A stretch of 32,000 bases of DNA from Mycolicibacterium smegmatis (GTDB taxonomy: Bacteria; Actinomycetota; Actinomycetes; Mycobacteriales; Mycobacteriaceae): contig NZ_LN831039.1 of assembly GCF_001457595.1 (NCBI RefSeq), positions 4,590,001-4,622,000 of the forward strand. Reading direction: 5' to 3'. The notes below the pieces were generated by a model. It searched no databases and was not told the origin of the DNA. It saw nothing but the letters and a program-made list of their open reading frames with translations. A program made the position numbers and the translations under genes. Positions 24,519-32,000 of this stretch are shown here, piece after piece (the first letter of the stretch is position 1; every line of letters starts with the position of its first letter).

Positions 24519-26228
24519 GTGACATCTTCCGAGGCACCAGCCAAAACGGCTGAGAAGCCCGCACCCAAGACACGGCCTGCCAAGCGCCCCCGCGGCGAGG
24601 GCCAGTGGGCACTCGGTTACCGCGAGCCGCTCAACGCCAACGAGCAGGCCAAGAAGGACGACAACCCGCTCAACGTGCGGGCGCGCATCGAGAACATCTA
24701 CGCCAAGAACGGCTTCGAGAGCATCGACAAGGGCGACCTGCGCGGCCGGTTCCGCTGGTGGGGCCTGTACACGCAGCGCAAGCCCGGGTACGACGGCACC
24801 TGGACCGGTGACGAGAACACCGACATGCTCGAAGACGAGTACTTCATGCTGCGCGTGCGCTGCGATGGTGGCGCGCTGACCACTGCAGCGCTGCGCACGC
24901 TCGGCGGCATCTCGACCGAGTTCGCGCGCGACACCGCCGACATCTCCGACCGCGAGAACGTCCAGTACCACTGGATCCAGGTCGAGAACATGCCCGAGAT
25001 CTGGAAGCGCCTCGACGCCGTCGGCCTGCAGACCACCGAGGCGTGCGGCGACTGCCCGCGTGTGGTCCTCGGCTCGCCGCTGGCCGGTGAGTCCCTCGAC
25101 GAGGTGATCGACGGGACCCCCGCGATCGACGAGATCGTGCGCCGCTACATCGGCAAGCCCGAGTACTCGAACCTGCCGCGCAAGTTCAAGACCGCGATCT
25201 CGGGGCTTCAGGACGTGGTCCACGAGGTCAACGACGTCGCGTTCATCGGCGTCAACCACCCCGAGCACGGCCCGGGCTTCGACCTGTGGGTCGGTGGCGG
25301 CCTGTCGACCAACCCGATGCTGGCCCAGCGCGTCGGGGTGTGGGTGCCGCTCGACGAGGTGCCCGACGTCTGGGAGGGCGTCGTCAGCATCTTCCGCGAC
25401 TACGGTTACCGGCGTCTGCGGTCGAAGGCGCGGCTGAAGTTCCTGATCAAGGACTGGGGCGTCGAAAAGTTCAGGGAAGTGCTGGAAACCGAGTACCTCA
25501 AGCGCCCCCTGATCGACGGCCCGGCACCCGAACCGGTGACCCGCCCCATCGACCACGTCGGTGTGCAGAAGCTCAAGAACGGCCTCAACGCCGTGGGCGT
25601 CGCCCCGATCGCGGGTCGCGTCTCGGGCACGATCCTGACCAAGGTGGCCGATCTCGCCGAGGCGGCCGGGTCCGACCGGATCCGCTTCACGCCGTACCAG
25701 AAGCTGATCATCCTCGACGTGCCCGACGACAAGATCGACGAACTGCGCGCTGGCCTCGACGCGCTCGGCCTGCCGTCGACGCCGTCGCACTGGCGCCGCA
25801 ACCTCATGGCGTGCACGGGTATCGAGTTCTGCAAGCTGAGCTTCGCCGAGACCCGTAAGCGGGCCCAGGTGCTGGTTCCCGAGCTGGAGAAGCGGCTCGA
25901 CGACATCAACGCCCAGCTCGACGTGCCCATCACGGTCAACATCAACGGCTGCCCCAACTCGTGCGCGCGTATCCAGGTCGCCGATATCGGGTTCAAGGGC
26001 CAGATGGTCGACGATGGCAACGGCCCCGAGGAGGGTTTCCAGGTGCATCTGGGCGGCAGCCTGGGCCTGGACAGCGGGTTCGGCCGCAAGCTGCGCCAGC
26101 ACAAGGTGCTCTCGTCCGAGCTCGGCGACTACATCGAGCGCGTCGTGCGCAACTTCGTGAAACAACGCGAGGACGGCGAGCGTTTCGCCCAGTGGGCCGT
26201 GCGGGCCGACGAAGCGGATTTGAGGTAG
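24519..26228 (+). CDS. sirA: Ferredoxin-dependent sulfite reductase SirA
   Basis: 569 aa; siroheme/4Fe-4S motifs CTGIEFCKLSFAET and NINGCPNSCARIQVAD; followed by cysH and sirB. Confidence 0.92.
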   Translation: MTSSEAPAKTAEKPAPKTRPAKRPRGEGQWALGYREPLNANEQAKKDDNPLNVRARIENIYAKNGFESIDKGDLRGRFRWWGLYTQRKPGYDGTWTGDENTDMLEDEYFMLRVRCDGGALTTAALRTLGGISTEFARDTADISDRENVQYHWIQVENMPEIWKRLDAVGLQTTEACGDCPRVVLGSPLAGESLDEVIDGTPAIDEIVRRYIGKPEYSNLPRKFKTAISGLQDVVHEVNDVAFIGVNHPEHGPGFDLWVGGGLSTNPMLAQRVGVWVPLDEVPDVWEGVVSIFRDYGYRRLRSKARLKFLIKDWGVEKFREVLETEYLKRPLIDGPAPEPVTRPIDHVGVQKLKNGLNAVGVAPIAGRVSGTILTKVADLAEAAGSDRIRFTPYQKLIILDVPDDKIDELRAGLDALGLPSTPSHWRRNLMACTGIEFCKLSFAETRKRAQVLVPELEKRLDDINAQLDVPITVNINGCPNSCARIQVADIGFKGQMVDDGNGPEEGFQVHLGGSLGLDSGFGRKLRQHKVLSSELGDYIERVVRNFVKQREDGERFAQWAVRADEADLR

Positions 26229-26233
26229 GCAAC

Positions 26234-26944
26234 GTGACCGACGTGACGACGTCAACGGAGAACGAACTGCGCGAACTCGCCGAGCGCGGCGCGGCCGAGC
26301 TCGCGGACGCGAGCGCCGAGGAGCTGCTGCGCTGGACCGACGAGCACTTCGGCGGCAACTACGTGGTGGCATCGAACATGCAGGACGCGGTGCTCGTCGA
26401 GATGGCCGCCAAGGTGCGTCCCGGCGTGGACGTGCTGTTCCTCGACACCGGATACCACTTCGCCGAGACCATCGGCACGCGTGATGCCGTCGAGGCGGTC
26501 TACGACGTGCACGTGGTCAACGTGACCCCCGAGCGCACGGTCGCCGAGCAGGACGAACTGCTGGGCAAGGATCTGTTCGCGCGTGACCCCGGTGAGTGCT
26601 GCCGGCTGCGCAAGGTGGTGCCGTTGACCAACGCGCTCAAGGGTTATTCGGCGTGGGTCACCGGCATCCGCCGGGTCGAGGCGCCCACCCGGGCCAACGC
26701 CCCGTTGATCAGCTGGGACAACGCGTTCGGCCTGGTGAAGATCAACCCGATCGCGGCGTGGACCGACGAGGACATGCAGAACTACATCGACGCCAACGGC
26801 ATCCTGGTCAATCCCCTTGTCTACGAAGGTTATCCGTCGATCGGCTGCGCGCCCTGCACCAGTAAGCCGATTCCCGGGGCCGATCCGCGCAGTGGCCGCT
26901 GGGCCGGGCTGTCCAAGACCGAATGCGGGCTGCACGTCTCGTGA
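26234..26944 (+). CDS. cysH: Adenosine 5'-phosphosulfate (APS) reductase CysH
   Basis: GTG 26234; Cys pattern ECCRLRK ... GCAPCTSKP (4Fe-4S APS reductase type) and C-terminal KTECGLH. Confidence 0.92.
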   Translation: MTDVTTSTENELRELAERGAAELADASAEELLRWTDEHFGGNYVVASNMQDAVLVEMAAKVRPGVDVLFLDTGYHFAETIGTRDAVEAVYDVHVVNVTPERTVAEQDELLGKDLFARDPGECCRLRKVVPLTNALKGYSAWVTGIRRVEAPTRANAPLISWDNAFGLVKINPIAAWTDEDMQNYIDANGILVNPLVYEGYPSIGCAPCTSKPIPGADPRSGRWAGLSKTECGLHVS

Positions 26945-27654
26945 CGCTCGTCCTGACCGCACACGGCAGCGCGGATCCGCGTTCGTCGGCCAATGCCCAC
27001 GCTATCGCCGGGCATGTGCGGCGCCTGTTGCCCGACACCGAGGTCCGTGTCGCGTTCTGTGAGCAGAACGAACCGAATCTCGCCGACGTCCTCACGGCTG
27101 TCGAAGCCGGTTCCGTGGTGGTGCCCCTGCTGCTCGCCAGCGCCTACCACGCACGCATCGACATCCCGGCGCTGATCGCGCAGACCGGTGCCGACGTGGT
27201 GCAGGCCGATGTGCTCGGGAACGATCCGCGCCTCCTGCAGGTGATGCGGGAACGCCTCACCGCCCTTGGTGTTTCACGCTTCGATTCGTCTCTCGGCGTG
27301 GTGCTCACCGGCGTCGGGTCCTCACACGCCGCGGCCAACGCGCGCACCGCGGAACTCGCCGCCGATCTGGCCGAGGGCACCCGGTGGGTCGGCACGCACG
27401 TCGCGTTCGCGACCGGGCAGGATCCGTCCGTGAGCCGGGCCGTCGAGCGGTTGCGCGCCCGGGGAGCGACGCGACTGGTGATCGCGCCGTGGTTCCTGGC
27501 GCACGGCCGCATCACCGACCGCGTCGCCGAATATGCCCGCCGCGAAGGCATTCCGATGGCCGAACCGCTCGGCCCGCACCGCCTCGTCGCCGCCACGGTG
27601 CTCGACCGCTACGAAGAGGCGATCGAGGCCCGCACCGCCGGTTTCGCCGCCTAG
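26941..27654 (+). CDS. sirB: Sirohydrochlorin ferrochelatase / CbiX-like protein (SirB)
   Basis: GTGA overlap with the cysH stop; LTAHGSADPRSSANAHAIA and VVPLLLASAYHARIDIP motifs; context with sirA. Confidence 0.87.
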   Translation: MTLVLTAHGSADPRSSANAHAIAGHVRRLLPDTEVRVAFCEQNEPNLADVLTAVEAGSVVVPLLLASAYHARIDIPALIAQTGADVVQADVLGNDPRLLQVMRERLTALGVSRFDSSLGVVLTGVGSSHAAANARTAELAADLAEGTRWVGTHVAFATGQDPSVSRAVERLRARGATRLVIAPWFLAHGRITDRVAEYARREGIPMAEPLGPHRLVAATVLDRYEEAIEARTAGFAA

Positions 27655-27672
27655 ACTCCCCTGCCGCGCCGG

Positions 27673-28758
27673 CTACTGCGCCAGTGCGGCGTCGGCGTTC
27701 ACGTTGTTGGTGGCGGTCCGCGGCACCTGGGCCTCACCCGCGATGTGCGGTACGCGCGTCGCGCGCACGTACACCGTGTCGCCCTCTTCCAACCCGAGCG
27801 CCTCGGCGTCGCCCCGCGTGATCTGCGCGGTGAACGGCACATGCGATGCGGCGCTGGTGAGTTCGACGCGCACCTCGAAGCCCAGCATCACGATGCGGTC
27901 GATCGTGGCGCGCAGCACCCCGGTGGCCTCGGCCGTGCCGTCGCTCGCGGCGATCGCCATCTCCGGGGTGCGACCCACCCGGATATCGTGCGGACGCACC
28001 AGGGTCCCGTTGATCTCCGACACCGCACCGAGAAACGACATCACGAACGCGTTGGCCGGCTGGTCGTACACCTCGGTCGGCGACCCGATCTGTTCGATGC
28101 GGCCCTTGTTGAGCACGGCGATGCGGTCGGCCACATCGAGCGCCTCCGACTGGTCGTGGGTCACCAGCACCGTGGTGACGTGCACCTCGTCGTGCAGGCG
28201 ACGCAGCCACGTCCGCAGGTCGTCACGGACCTTGGCGTCCAGCGCACCGAACGGTTCGTCGAGCAGCAGCACCTGCGGATCCACCGCGAGTGCACGGGCC
28301 AGGGCCATGCGCTGACGCTGACCGCCGGACAGCTGGTTGGGATAGCGGGTCTGGAAGCCGCTGAGCCCCACGACTTCCAGGAGGTTGTCCACACGCTCGG
28401 CGATCTCGGCCTTGGGACGCTTGCGGATCTTCAGGCCGAAGGCCACGTTGTCGCGCACCGACAGGTGCTTGAACGCCGCATAGTGCTGGAACACGAAACC
28501 GATACCGCGCTGCTGCGGGGGCACCCCGGTGACGTCACGCCCGTTGATGGTGACGGTGCCCGAATCGGGCTGATCCAATCCGGCGATGGCCCGCAGCAGT
28601 GTCGACTTGCCCGAACCGCTGGGGCCCAGCAGCGCGGTCAGCGAGCCGGAGGGCACCTCGAAGTCGATGTTGTCGAGCGCCGCGAAATCGCCGTAGTGCT
28701 TGTTGGCGCCGCGCACCACGATCGCGCTCGTGTTGGTTTGCGTACTGGTGTCAGACAT
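27673..28758 (-). CDS. cysA: Sulfate/thiosulfate ABC transporter ATPase CysA
   Basis: 361 aa; [40 protein letters not shown]; adjacent to cysW, cysT and subI. Confidence 0.92.
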   Translation of the reverse strand: MSDTSTQTNTSAIVVRGANKHYGDFAALDNIDFEVPSGSLTALLGPSGSGKSTLLRAIAGLDQPDSGTVTINGRDVTGVPPQQRGIGFVFQHYAAFKHLSVRDNVAFGLKIRKRPKAEIAERVDNLLEVVGLSGFQTRYPNQLSGGQRQRMALARALAVDPQVLLLDEPFGALDAKVRDDLRTWLRRLHDEVHVTTVLVTHDQSEALDVADRIAVLNKGRIEQIGSPTEVYDQPANAFVMSFLGAVSEINGTLVRPHDIRVGRTPEMAIAASDGTAEATGVLRATIDRIVMLGFEVRVELTSAASHVPFTAQITRGDAEALGLEEGDTVYVRATRVPHIAGEAQVPRTATNNVNADAALAQ

Positions 28759-28773
28759 CGCCCCTCACCCCTT

Positions 28774-29598
28774 CTAAGACTGTTCGGCCTTGGCGCGGCG
28801 CTTGTCAAGAAGCACCTGGGCCACCAGGACCACGACCGCGACCGCCATGAGCAACGTCGATATGGCGTAGGCGCCGTACACGGAATCGGCGGTGCCGCGG
28901 TTGTACCGGTCGGCCACCAGCAGGGTCAGCGTCTGCGAGACACCCGGCAGGTTGGACGACACCATGATCACCGCACCGAATTCGCCGAGCGTGCGGGCGA
29001 TGGTCAGCACGATGCCGTACGTCAGGCCCCACCGGATCGACGGCAGCGTGATGCGCCAGAAGGTCTGCCACCAGGTCGATCCCAGCGTGGCCGCGGCCTC
29101 CTCCTGATCGGTGCCGATCTCGTGGAGCACGGGTTCGACCTCGCGGATGACGAACGGCACCGTCACGAAGATGCTCGCCAGCACGATGCCAGGGAAGCCG
29201 AAGATGATCTTCAAGCCCAGGTTGTTCTCGACGAAACCGAACAACCCCGCCGAGCCCCACAGGAGGATGAGCGCGACGCCGACCACCACGGGCGACACCG
29301 CGAACGGCAGGTCGATGACGGCCTGCAGCGCACTCTTGCCGCGGAACTTGTTGCGTGCCAGCACCAGGGCCGTCGGCACGCCGAACAACACGTTGAGCGG
29401 CACCACGATCGCGACCACCAGCAGCGACAGGTTCAGCGCCGAGATCGCCGCAGGTGTCGAGATCGACGTGACGAAAGCGCCGATGCCCGGTGCGAACGTG
29501 CGCCACAGGATCAGGCCCACCGGCACCACGACCAGCACCAGGATGTAGGCCAACGCGGTGAAGCGCAGCAGCCGGCGCACGACAGGTGAGAGCGTCAT
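28774..29598 (-). CDS. cysW: Sulfate ABC transporter permease CysW
   Basis: 274 aa; DLPFAVSPVVVGVALILLWG and GEFGAVIMVSSNLPG permease motif. Confidence 0.9.
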   Translation of the reverse strand: MTLSPVVRRLLRFTALAYILVLVVVPVGLILWRTFAPGIGAFVTSISTPAAISALNLSLLVVAIVVPLNVLFGVPTALVLARNKFRGKSALQAVIDLPFAVSPVVVGVALILLWGSAGLFGFVENNLGLKIIFGFPGIVLASIFVTVPFVIREVEPVLHEIGTDQEEAAATLGSTWWQTFWRITLPSIRWGLTYGIVLTIARTLGEFGAVIMVSSNLPGVSQTLTLLVADRYNRGTADSVYGAYAISTLLMAVAVVVLVAQVLLDKRRAKAEQS

Positions 29599-30452
29599 CC
29601 CTCGAGCTCCTCACGTTTGGCGGCGCGCGCGCCCACGGCGCGCAGCACGAACAGCACCGCGAACGAGATCACCAGCAGCACAATCGAGATCGCCGCGGCA
29701 CCGGTGCGGTCGTCGTTCTCGATGAGGGTGCGGATCCACTGCGACGACACCTCGGTCTTGCCGGGCACCGCGCCGCCGATCAGCACGACGGAGCCGAATT
29801 CGCCGATGGCGCGCGAGAACGCCAGGCCCGCGCCCGACAACAGGGCGGGCAGCAGGGCAGGCAGGATCACGCGCAGGAAGATGGTGCGGTTGCCGGCGCC
29901 CAGGGACGCCGCGGCCTCCTCGACCTCGCGGTCGAGTTCGAGCAGCACGGGTTGCACCGAGCGCACCACGAACGGCAGCGTCACGAACAGCAGCGCGATG
30001 CCGACGCCCCATTTGGTGTGCTGCAGGTGCAGGTCCACCGGGCTGGCCGGGCCGTACAGGGCCAGCATCACGAGGCTGGCCACGATGGTCGGAAGCGCGA
30101 ACGGCAGATCGATCACCGAGTCGACGATGCGCTTGCCGGGGAACTCGTCACGGGTCAGCACCCACGCGACCAGCAGGCCGAACACCGCGTTCACGACCGT
30201 CACGCCCGCGGAGATCGTCAGCGTGACCTGGAAGCTGTCGACCGCCGCGTTGGAGGTCACGGCGCGCCAGAACGCGTCCCAGCCACCACCGGCGGCCTGC
30301 CAAAGGATCGCGGCCAGCGGCAGCAGCACGATCACGCTCAACCAGATCGACGCCGCGCCCACGCGCAGCGAGGTACTGCCGTAGCGTCCACGGGCCGCGC
30401 GGGGAGCGGGTGCTCCCGGCGCGGCCGTCGACGCCTCGGCGGGTGCGGTCAT
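29595..30452 (-). CDS. cysT: Sulfate ABC transporter permease CysT
   Basis: 285 aa from ATG 30452 (MTAPAEAS...); DLPFALPTIVASLVMLALYG and GEFGSVVLIGG; ATGA overlap with the subI stop. Confidence 0.9.
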   Translation of the reverse strand: MTAPAEASTAAPGAPAPRAARGRYGSTSLRVGAASIWLSVIVLLPLAAILWQAAGGGWDAFWRAVTSNAAVDSFQVTLTISAGVTVVNAVFGLLVAWVLTRDEFPGKRIVDSVIDLPFALPTIVASLVMLALYGPASPVDLHLQHTKWGVGIALLFVTLPFVVRSVQPVLLELDREVEEAAASLGAGNRTIFLRVILPALLPALLSGAGLAFSRAIGEFGSVVLIGGAVPGKTEVSSQWIRTLIENDDRTGAAAISIVLLVISFAVLFVLRAVGARAAKREELEG

Positions 30453-31498
30453 CCAGTGGCCTGCTTGTAGATCTTGGTGATGGTGCCGTTGTCCTTGTCG
30501 AACAGCGACGGATCGACGGCGTCCCAGCCACCGAGGTCGTCGACCGTCCACAGCTTCTCCGGCGCCGGGAAGTCCGCGGCGAACTCGGCGGCGACCGCGG
30601 GGTCGACGGGCCGGAAGCCGGCCTCGGCCCAGATCTTCTGGCCCTCGGGGGTGAACACGAAGTTCTTCAGCGCGTTGGCCGCCTCCGAGTGCGACGTGGT
30701 GTTGACGACCGCGACCGGATTCTCGATCTTGAAGGTCTGCGGCGGGTTGACGTGCTCGACGGGCTTGCCCTGCCGCTCGACGTAGATCGCCTCGTTCTCG
30801 TAGCTGATCAGCACGTCGCCCGTGCCCTGCAGGAACACGTCGGTGGCTTCACGGCCCGAGCCCGGGCGGGTCTTGACGTGCTCGGTGACCAGCTTGTTGA
30901 CGAAGTCGATGCCCGCCTCGGGGTCCTGACCGCCGTTGCTCTTCGCGGCGTACGGCGCCAGCAGGTTCCACTTGGCCGAACCCGAGCTCAGCGGACTCGG
31001 GGTGACCACCTCGAGCCCCGGCTGCAACAGATCGTCCCAGTCCTTGATGCCCTTGGGGTTGCCCTGGCGCACGACGAGCGAAACCACCGAACCGAACGGG
31101 ATGCCCTTGGTGGCGCCGGCATTCCAGTCCTCGGCGACCTTGCCGGCCTTGACCAGACGGGTGATGTCGGGTTCGACCGAGAAGTTGACGATGTCGGCGG
31201 GCTTGCCGTCGACGACGGCGCGCGACTGGTCACCGGAGGCACCGAAGGACGTGCGCACCGCGACACCCTTGCCCTCATCGGTGGCGGTGAACGCGGGGAT
31301 GATCTTGCTCCAACCCGGCTCCGGCACGGCGTAGGCGACCAGCGTCAGCGTGGTCTCGGCGTTCGCGTCGGCACCGCCGTCGTCGCCTGCGACGTCACTC
31401 GCGCCGCCGCCGCAGCCGACGGCGAGGATGCCGGTGGCGGCGAGTGCTGTGGCGGTGCGCCAGAACTTGAACTTGGTGAGCTTCTCGGTGGTGGGCAC
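30449..31498 (-). CDS. subI: Sulfate-binding lipoprotein SubI
   Basis: 349 aa; lipobox LAVGC; VAYAVPEPGWSKIIPAF and SGDQSRAVVDGKPADIVNFS; GAAGGAAAGG RBS, GTG start. Confidence 0.92.
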   Translation of the reverse strand: MPTTEKLTKFKFWRTATALAATGILAVGCGGGASDVAGDDGGADANAETTLTLVAYAVPEPGWSKIIPAFTATDEGKGVAVRTSFGASGDQSRAVVDGKPADIVNFSVEPDITRLVKAGKVAEDWNAGATKGIPFGSVVSLVVRQGNPKGIKDWDDLLQPGLEVVTPSPLSSGSAKWNLLAPYAAKSNGGQDPEAGIDFVNKLVTEHVKTRPGSGREATDVFLQGTGDVLISYENEAIYVERQGKPVEHVNPPQTFKIENPVAVVNTTSHSEAANALKNFVFTPEGQKIWAEAGFRPVDPAVAAEFAADFPAPEKLWTVDDLGGWDAVDPSLFDKDNGTITKIYKQATG

Positions 31499-31592
31499 TG
31501 ATGACCTTTCCTTCGGGGCTGGGGACAGAGTTGAACCGTCACAGCGGAAGGCAATGGATCAGTTTGTCGGCAAATGATCAGCCACGACTGAC

Positions 31593-31613
31593 CCCGAACC
31601 GCGGACGGTTGGG
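31593..31613 (-). promoter_or_regulatory. Candidate leader hairpin immediately after the subI uORF stop
   Basis: Minus strand CCCAACCG-TCCG-CGGTTcGGG: 8 bp with one bulge, 4-nt loop. Confidence 0.45.
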
Positions 31614-31615
31614 AA

Positions 31616-31705
31616 TCAGCGACAACAGTGCGCGTCAGCGACGACGCAGAAGCCGGCAGCAGGAAGCACCACGACGTGGCTCCCCATCGCACCGGCGGAA
31701 TGCAT
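31616..31705 (-). CDS. Candidate cysteine-containing upstream ORF of the subI operon
   Basis: ATG...TGA, 29 aa: MHSAGAMGSHVVVLPAAGFCVVADAHCCR; TATTCT -10-like element at 31713-31718 with last T 8 nt upstream of the A of ATG; no SD. Confidence 0.45.
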   Translation of the reverse strand: MHSAGAMGSHVVVLPAAGFCVVADAHCCR

Positions 31706-31754
31706 GGCGCGAAGAATAACAGAGACGACGGTGAACGCCGCGCCGAGAGGGGTC

Positions 31755-31841
31755 TCAGCGCGTGAGAAACCACATGACGATGACCAGCAAAACCAGGATG
31801 ACCAGCACCAACGTCACCCGCGAGCGCGGCATGCCGGTCAT
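31755..31841 (-). CDS. Small single-transmembrane protein
   Basis: 28 aa MTGMPRSRVTLVLVILVLLVIVMWFLTR; ATGA overlap with the upstream reading frame; one clear hydrophobic helix. Confidence 0.45.
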   Translation of the reverse strand: MTGMPRSRVTLVLVILVLLVIVMWFLTR

Positions 31842-32000
31842 TCCGATCCCGCTTCCGCCGAATCGGCGCGGCGCAGCCTGCGCACGGCGTGAACGGCCTG
31901 CGCCAGCGCGCCGTCGAGCACCACGGCGATGCCGTACGCCAACGCCAGAACCACCGGCATCACGACCGCGGTCTGCGCCAAGAAGGGCAGTCCCGTCAGC
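31838..32000 (-). CDS. C-terminal end of a putative membrane protein (runs off the right edge)
   Basis: Open minus frame ...LTGLPFLAQTAVVMPVVLALAYGIAVVLDGALAQAVHAVRRLRRADSAEAGSE*, hydrophobic then Arg-rich. Confidence 0.5.
   Translation of the reverse strand, partial: LTGLPFLAQTAVVMPVVLALAYGIAVVLDGALAQAVHAVRRLRRADSAEAGSE

Overview
This looks like an ordinary high-GC mycobacterial chromosome segment, and gene content and order resemble Mycolicibacterium smegmatis. That identification is inferred from recognised families, not from a database search. It contains: (1) the mycobactin locus, with mbtF (5' part), mbtE, mbtD, mbtC, mbtT and mbtB on the minus strand, divergent mbtA on the plus strand, and mbtI further right on the minus strand; (2) between mbtA and mbtI, an accessory block with a TetR regulator, a DUF4242-like protein, an acyl-CoA-dehydrogenase-like flavoprotein and an SsuB/SsuA/SsuC-like ABC importer; (3) hemW; (4) a sulfate assimilation group, sirA-cysH-sirB (plus) and subI-cysT-cysW-cysA (minus). 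The most interesting non-ORF signals are: a leaderless 31-codon cysteine-rich upstream ORF (…CSCCCLP) followed by two hairpins, the second of which occludes the sirA ribosome-binding site; a second candidate upstream ORF ending …HCCR with an adjacent hairpin before subI; tandem IdeR-like boxes between mbtB and mbtA and another over the mbtI promoter; a 22-bp palindrome at the TetR promoter; and a degenerate second adenylation region plus extra carrier domain at the MbtE C-terminus. I found no convincing evidence of a wholly new system. The cysteine uORF class has, to my recollection, been described in mycobacteria. The accessory transporter block and the MbtE C-terminus are the least explained parts. 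No tRNA/rRNA genes, CRISPR arrays or mobile elements were recognised.
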